Part shown: positions 58,102 through 64,000 of the stretch, piece after piece
Position numbering within the stretch: position 1 is the stretch's first letter
How the letters are laid out: each line of letters begins with the position of its first letter
Assembly: GCA_964016885.1 (NCBI GenBank)
Contig: OZ024756.1
Coordinates: 33,480,001-33,544,000 of the forward strand
Source: Eledone cirrhosa
Lineage: Eukaryota
Length of the DNA stretch: 64,000 bases
Direction: 5' to 3'
The notes under the pieces: model-generated
Database searches by the model: none
Told to the model about the DNA's origin: nothing
The model's input: the letters and a program-made list of their open reading frames with translations, nothing else
Translations under genes and position numbers: made by a program

Positions 58102-58314
58102 CCAGGGCTCAATTTAAGTTCAAGGTGGAAAAGTGTTTTTTTTTTATTTTTGGAAATTTGAAATAAAAAAAAAATGGATAAATGATCACCCCCCACCTGA
58201 GTATATTCACTCGCCCCCCACCCTAATGAAATACAAACTCCCAGCGCCTCCTTTCAACACAACAGCGCACACAAGGGGGTGCTAGCGCTCACGTTGGGAA
58301 ACACTGCTCTAGAG
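58102..58314. mobile_element. hAT (Charlie/MER5-like) MITE remnant
   Basis: gttgggaaacactg (reverse complement of CAGTGTTTCCCAAC) at 58293-58306 followed by ctctagag, a typical 8-bp Charlie target; left TIR not clearly matched. Confidence 0.45.
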
Positions 58315-58332
58315 GAATGTAGATGGTTGAAT

Positions 58333-58430
58333 GACAGGTCGATAGTATAAAGTACTTACAACGCACTGAGGTCGGTTTTAACCATTCCCCTCTCCATCAT
58401 AATTGCTGGCCTTGTGCCTAAATCAGAAAA
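58333..58430 (+). mobile_element. Truncated tRNA-derived SINE
   Basis: ggtcgatag..aattgctggccttgtgcc. Confidence 0.65.
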
Positions 58431-59065
58431 CGTTTACAAAAACTTTTGTAAGATATTTCCAGTATGCAGTATCCATAGATATATTAACGCAATACATTAA
58501 TTATTGACAGGACAAATTAACTATGCAGACGATATTGCTCAACACTTTAATATAAATACATAATTCTGTGTCAGTGGTTTTCATCTATTGATTTAGTATT
58601 TCTATTCACTCAAGTAATATAGTGAATTATATTTACAAATAGAAGCTGTGATACATGGGAAAAATCAATTTCTTAACTCCATGTAATTAAAACTCCGTTG
58701 GAATTTAATGATTAAAAATTATGTTAAGAATTTATGGGATACATTAAAAATTGTGCAAATATGTCTGTGTTTATTTGTGTGGGCTTTTGCATGTGTGTGA
58801 TTGAACGTATGTGTGTTTGTGTTTGAATGTTTCAGAACATGGAAACAGAAGAAATTATAATCGGTGGTGGAATACACAATGCAAGTTTATTTATTTACAG
58901 AAATATTCCAAAGAAATTAGTTATGCTTTAGTCTTCTGATCAGATATAATTGATAATTTGATAGTGGTATGAGAAAAGATTAACTACAGATCTAATACAA
59001 AAGGCTAGCCCTGGCCCACCTTGTGACGTGCTGAAAATCGATGTCAACAGTATTTAGAAAATCTC

Positions 59066-59150
59066 CCTTGACGTCCTCCGGGGAAACGCCTTCTCCATTC
59101 TGTCCGCCGGGGCTGTGGGGAGGCCATCAATATGATTGACTGACTTGTCA
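59066..59150 (+). mobile_element. CRE-like LINE 3' end fragment
   Basis: Closely similar to 19560-19645 (VLRGNAFSILSAGAVGRPSI*). Confidence 0.7.
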
Positions 59151-59313
59151 TTTTATCATGTAAATCCGAGAAAGGCCTTACACTGGACCAATGCCACTCT
59201 CTAAACAATGAAGTCACTAAGTACATATGTGGGGTGGCCACGGAAGGAGACGTATACGTATATAAGGCAACAATGTGTGTAAGTGTAAATGTGTTTGCTA
59301 TTATACATAGTTA

Positions 59314-59705
59314 GAGGGCGGTGAATTGGCAGTATCGGTAGAGGGTCGGACGTCATGCTTTGACGCATAGAGTTACAGCCCTTGCCATTCTGAGTTCAAA
59401 TCCCGCCGAGGTCAACATTGCCTTTCATCCTTACTGGATCAATAAAATAAAGTACCAGTAATGCACTGGGGTTATTTCTGGCCTTGTGCCTACAGTAGAA
59501 ACAGTTATTATACATAGTTAGCGGTGGATTGGCAGTATCGGTAGAGGGTCGGACGCCATGCTTTCCAGCATAGTTACGTCCCTTTACGATCTGAGTTCAA
59601 ATCCCGCCGAGGTTGACTTTGCCTTTCATCCTTACGGGGTCGATAAAATAAAGTACCAGTAATGCACTGGGAAATTGCTGGCCTTGTGCCTAAAGTAGAA
59701 CCAGT
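59314..59705 (+). mobile_element. Head-to-tail SINE dimer with a triplicated 15-bp target site
   Basis: tattatacatagtta at 59299, 59506 and 59706. Confidence 0.92.
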
Positions 59706-59934
59706 TATTATACATAGTTATCTAAGTATTATGGGTTATGGAGGCTATGGGTCTAAGAGAGGGGATATGAGGGTTAGGTGTGATTGCAAAGATATATAGG
59801 GCTGTTGGCTGGTATATACGGTTGTTGTCTGAGAATACTTGTACAGGGCTCGTACCTTCAGAAGCTTTTTTTGTGAATGTATTCAGCAGACACACCTAGA
59901 CACACACAGACAAACAAATATATATATATATATT

Positions 59935-60094
59935 GACGAAACATAAGTCAATTGCATGAACTCATAATCCTTTATTTACTGCTATATATATATTTCGATG
60001 ATAGCCATTGAATGGCTATGACCTCATCAGGCAGTTAGTCAGTTCTCAGATATGCCAGCTCTGTGTTTATAGTGTTGATGGTATCAGAGCCTTG

Positions 60095-60100
<6 letters not shown>
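59935..60100 (-). mobile_element. Family G element with an apparently intact hammerhead (59978-60035)
   Basis: actgc-CTGATGA-ggt(c)atagccatt/aatggctat(c)atc-GAA-atatatatat-A-gcagt. Confidence 0.85.
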
Positions 60101-60144
<44 letters not shown>

Positions 60145-60174
60145 TGTATATATATATGTATGTATATGTATGTA

Positions 60175-60303
<129 letters not shown>

Positions 60304-60429
60304 ACTCTGCATCTTAAACTATATTGATCAAATGAGTACTTCACTGATTAACGGTCTACCCTTTTATTAACAAAAAATATCCGGTTTATTCTCCTTCGTG
60401 TATGTGTCTATATATGTGTACTTGTGTGT

Positions 60430-60532
<103 letters not shown>

Positions 60533-61832
60533 CTTGTTCTCCACTCAAGTCATTCAATCAACACATATGGATTTATCTTGTTTGCAGAGAAACATTTTAA
60601 ACATTCTTTCTTAGTCAATATCAGACAATAGTTGCAGTAACCATAACTACACATTGGTTTAGTAAATAAAAATATATTCAGACTATATCAATACAAGGCA
60701 AGCTATATTTATGTAAATTGTGTACTAATCGTGTGATCGGACATATAGATACAATATTTGCTTCCATTAAAATGTCTATTTTCTATTTAATGTAACGTAA
60801 CATAATGCTACAAGTATTAAGTCAATAGTGGCTATAGAAAATGCTTACAAAAGCTATTGTCAAATGACTTTTTCTTCGAGTGTAAGGTTAACTGAAAAAT
60901 AAATTAAATGAATTTATAATAGAGAATGTAAATAAAATTATTAGTTGTTGGTTGTTTCTTGAAGCAGAAAATGGTAGAAAGACATGATTTTACAAATCTG
61001 TATTTATTATGAGAGATATGTAGAATGTATAAATGTTTTAGATATGTAAGTTAAATGTATGTGTACATGTGTGTATGTATACAAACATACAGATACACAC
61101 ACAGATGCACACACATATAGACACATAGACACATAGGTGCGGAAATATATGCACACACACACACACACACACACACACAGATAAACCTATATACATATAG
61201 ACAGTTTCAACGATGATTTTGAGTGTTCCCTATGTTTGATCAATGGGACAGTGAGTGACTGAGTTTTCTGCAGACACATTTACGTTTAATATAATTCTCA
61301 GGTAGAATCGGCGTAAGAAAGAGTTAGACAGGATTGTTCTTTTGTATAATAGTTACAGTCCATTTAACGAGCTTTCGTACCGTTTTCGTCTACCCAGTTT
61401 CATCCACAAGGCATGGCCTTGATCCATAACTGGTAAACGACACTTGTCCAAAGTTGGGAATTTTATAGATTTGCAGGCCTGCTTCATATATCCAGTTACC
61501 CTCGAATATATTCCAACATTAAACTCCAAATACATTCAACGCTATTGTCGTTATTCTTGACGGCACGGATCCTCTATTTATAAATACTATTTGAATTACG
61601 ACTGCTATCGAAGATTTACGCTGATGGCAGAAATATATTTTACGATTCACACAGGATTAATGGGTTGTCTTGTGATACATCTCAACTCATTGTGATTACA
61701 TTTCTTGTAGTTTTTCTTGTCAAAATAATCAATAACCATGAGAGTGAAATAGTGAAATAACTAACATTCAATATAATAATTAAATGCAAATATTTAATTA
61801 TTGAAATCTATTGTTATCTGTCATGTAATAAT

Positions 61833-62040
61833 AGTTTCTAATTTAAAGTTAGTATCAGCAATATTAAGACGAGGGGAAAGTTTATTTAATCAACCTCAGT
61901 ACTTGACTGACAATATATTTTATTGACCCTAGAGAGATTAAAGGTAAATTTGACCTCGGTACGGTTTGAACTCGGAACCTGAAGAACAGTAATTAAATAG
62001 CGGTAAATATTTTGTTCAACATTCTGAATTCTTCTCAAGT
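61833..62040 (-). mobile_element. Old degenerate SINE copy
   Basis: ttttattgacccta..aaaggtaaatttgacctcgg..tttgaactc. Confidence 0.6.
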
Positions 62041-62855
62041 CTGCTGATAAATGTTTCTCCTTTTACTAAGGCTATCTTTCATGTAATAATGAGATTTCTG
62101 ACCATCCTATGAATACTTTCATAGACGTAGATTTGGGTGGGGGTTGTGCTAATAAAGTTAATACTTCCTTGGAAGTCACATATATCACGCTGTAAGATGT
62201 AATATACTATCTTCATAAATATAAGCATTTTGTTGCTATAGACATGTAAAATGGCGGCTGGTAAACCAGTGCCCTTTTGGATCAGACACTAGAGAATATC
62301 CTTTCATTTGATGTCATGCTAAACTACACAAATTTTAAAGCTGGTTAATACTCTGCAGCTGATTTATTTTAGAAATATACTAAATTCTTTCTATTAACAG
62401 AAAACAGACATTTTCAAAATGAGGAAACGTTCATTTGTTTACACATTAATAACAGAATTAGTATTAAGAGCAACCTCAATCATCTCAATTAAGTCCATTA
62501 ATAATAATGCAATTTAGAAAATCAATGCAATCGTACAAGTACACTAATCCAAAGTGAATGCCACCGTTTAATCCAATAACATTTAAGATTACGCAGTATT
62601 TCATTTTTCAAACCATTGAAGCAAGTAAGACGTAAACACCTCTGCTTACATAAAGCTAATATGGCACGCACGCAAGCACGCACACACATGCCTACAGACA
62701 CACAGATACACATAGAGGCATACGAACACATGCACAGACTATAACGTACGTTCACATTTGTATGAGCCTTTATTTTAACACTACAGTACAAAAGTAGAAG
62801 CCTGGTATAGTTACAACATAAAAACACATACACACAAATATACACTTATACAAAT

Positions 62856-62915
<60 letters not shown>

Positions 62916-62942
62916 ATATGTGTGTTTGTGTGTCTGTGTGTT

Positions 62943-63320
<378 letters not shown>

Positions 63321-63447
63321 GAGGTTATATTTAATTTGCTGGGATTAAACAAGCATAAAAATGTTATAAATGATATAAAGCACTCAACAGTAGAGGAAGC
63401 TCCAACCGGATAGGAAGCTCCAACCGGTAAGGTTGTCTCTTCTTTCC

Positions 63448-63720
<273 letters not shown>

Positions 63721-63795
63721 ATATAAATATATATATATTTATATATATATATTTATATATATATATTTATATATATATATATATAAATATATATA

Positions 63796-63901
<106 letters not shown>

Positions 63902-64000
63902 TACGTATATATGTATGTATAGACAGATAGGTGAATCATGTGAATTACACCTCTCAAAACAAACTTCAAGCATTATAATCTCCCAGCAAAGAGTTACGTC

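Noticed and set aside
59314-59410. tRNA gene suggested by A and B boxes
   Set aside because: SINE head: continues into the SINE core and tail, is multicopy, and has TSDs.

Overview
Very AT-rich, microsatellite-dense eukaryotic DNA, probably intronic. The repeat content suggests an octopod cephalopod (inferred from the SINE family, not verified). Nearly all ORFs in the supplied track are translations of (TA)n/(CA)n/(GA)n repeats. Identifiable content: (i) ~20 copies of a tRNA-headed SINE with a Meta-domain-like core, several with clean target-site duplications. (ii) 3' remnants of R4/Dong-, CRE-, RTE- and probably Tx1/L1-type LINEs, plus bipartite RTE-derived short elements. (iii) A near-perfect ~2.58-kb tandem duplication bounded by (ACAT)n. 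(iv) A tentative chain of short, phase-compatible + strand exons of an unidentified gene. (v) The main finding: about nine sequence-unrelated families (~25 copies) of 100-550 bp elements sitting mostly inside (TA)n tracts. Each carries a complete or partial minimal type I hammerhead ribozyme with a palindromic stem III, often with variant cores, and many are folded back into long inverted repeats with family-fixed junctions. They most resemble Penelope-like element (PLE) pLTR derivatives. All structures were folded by eye and boundaries are approximate.
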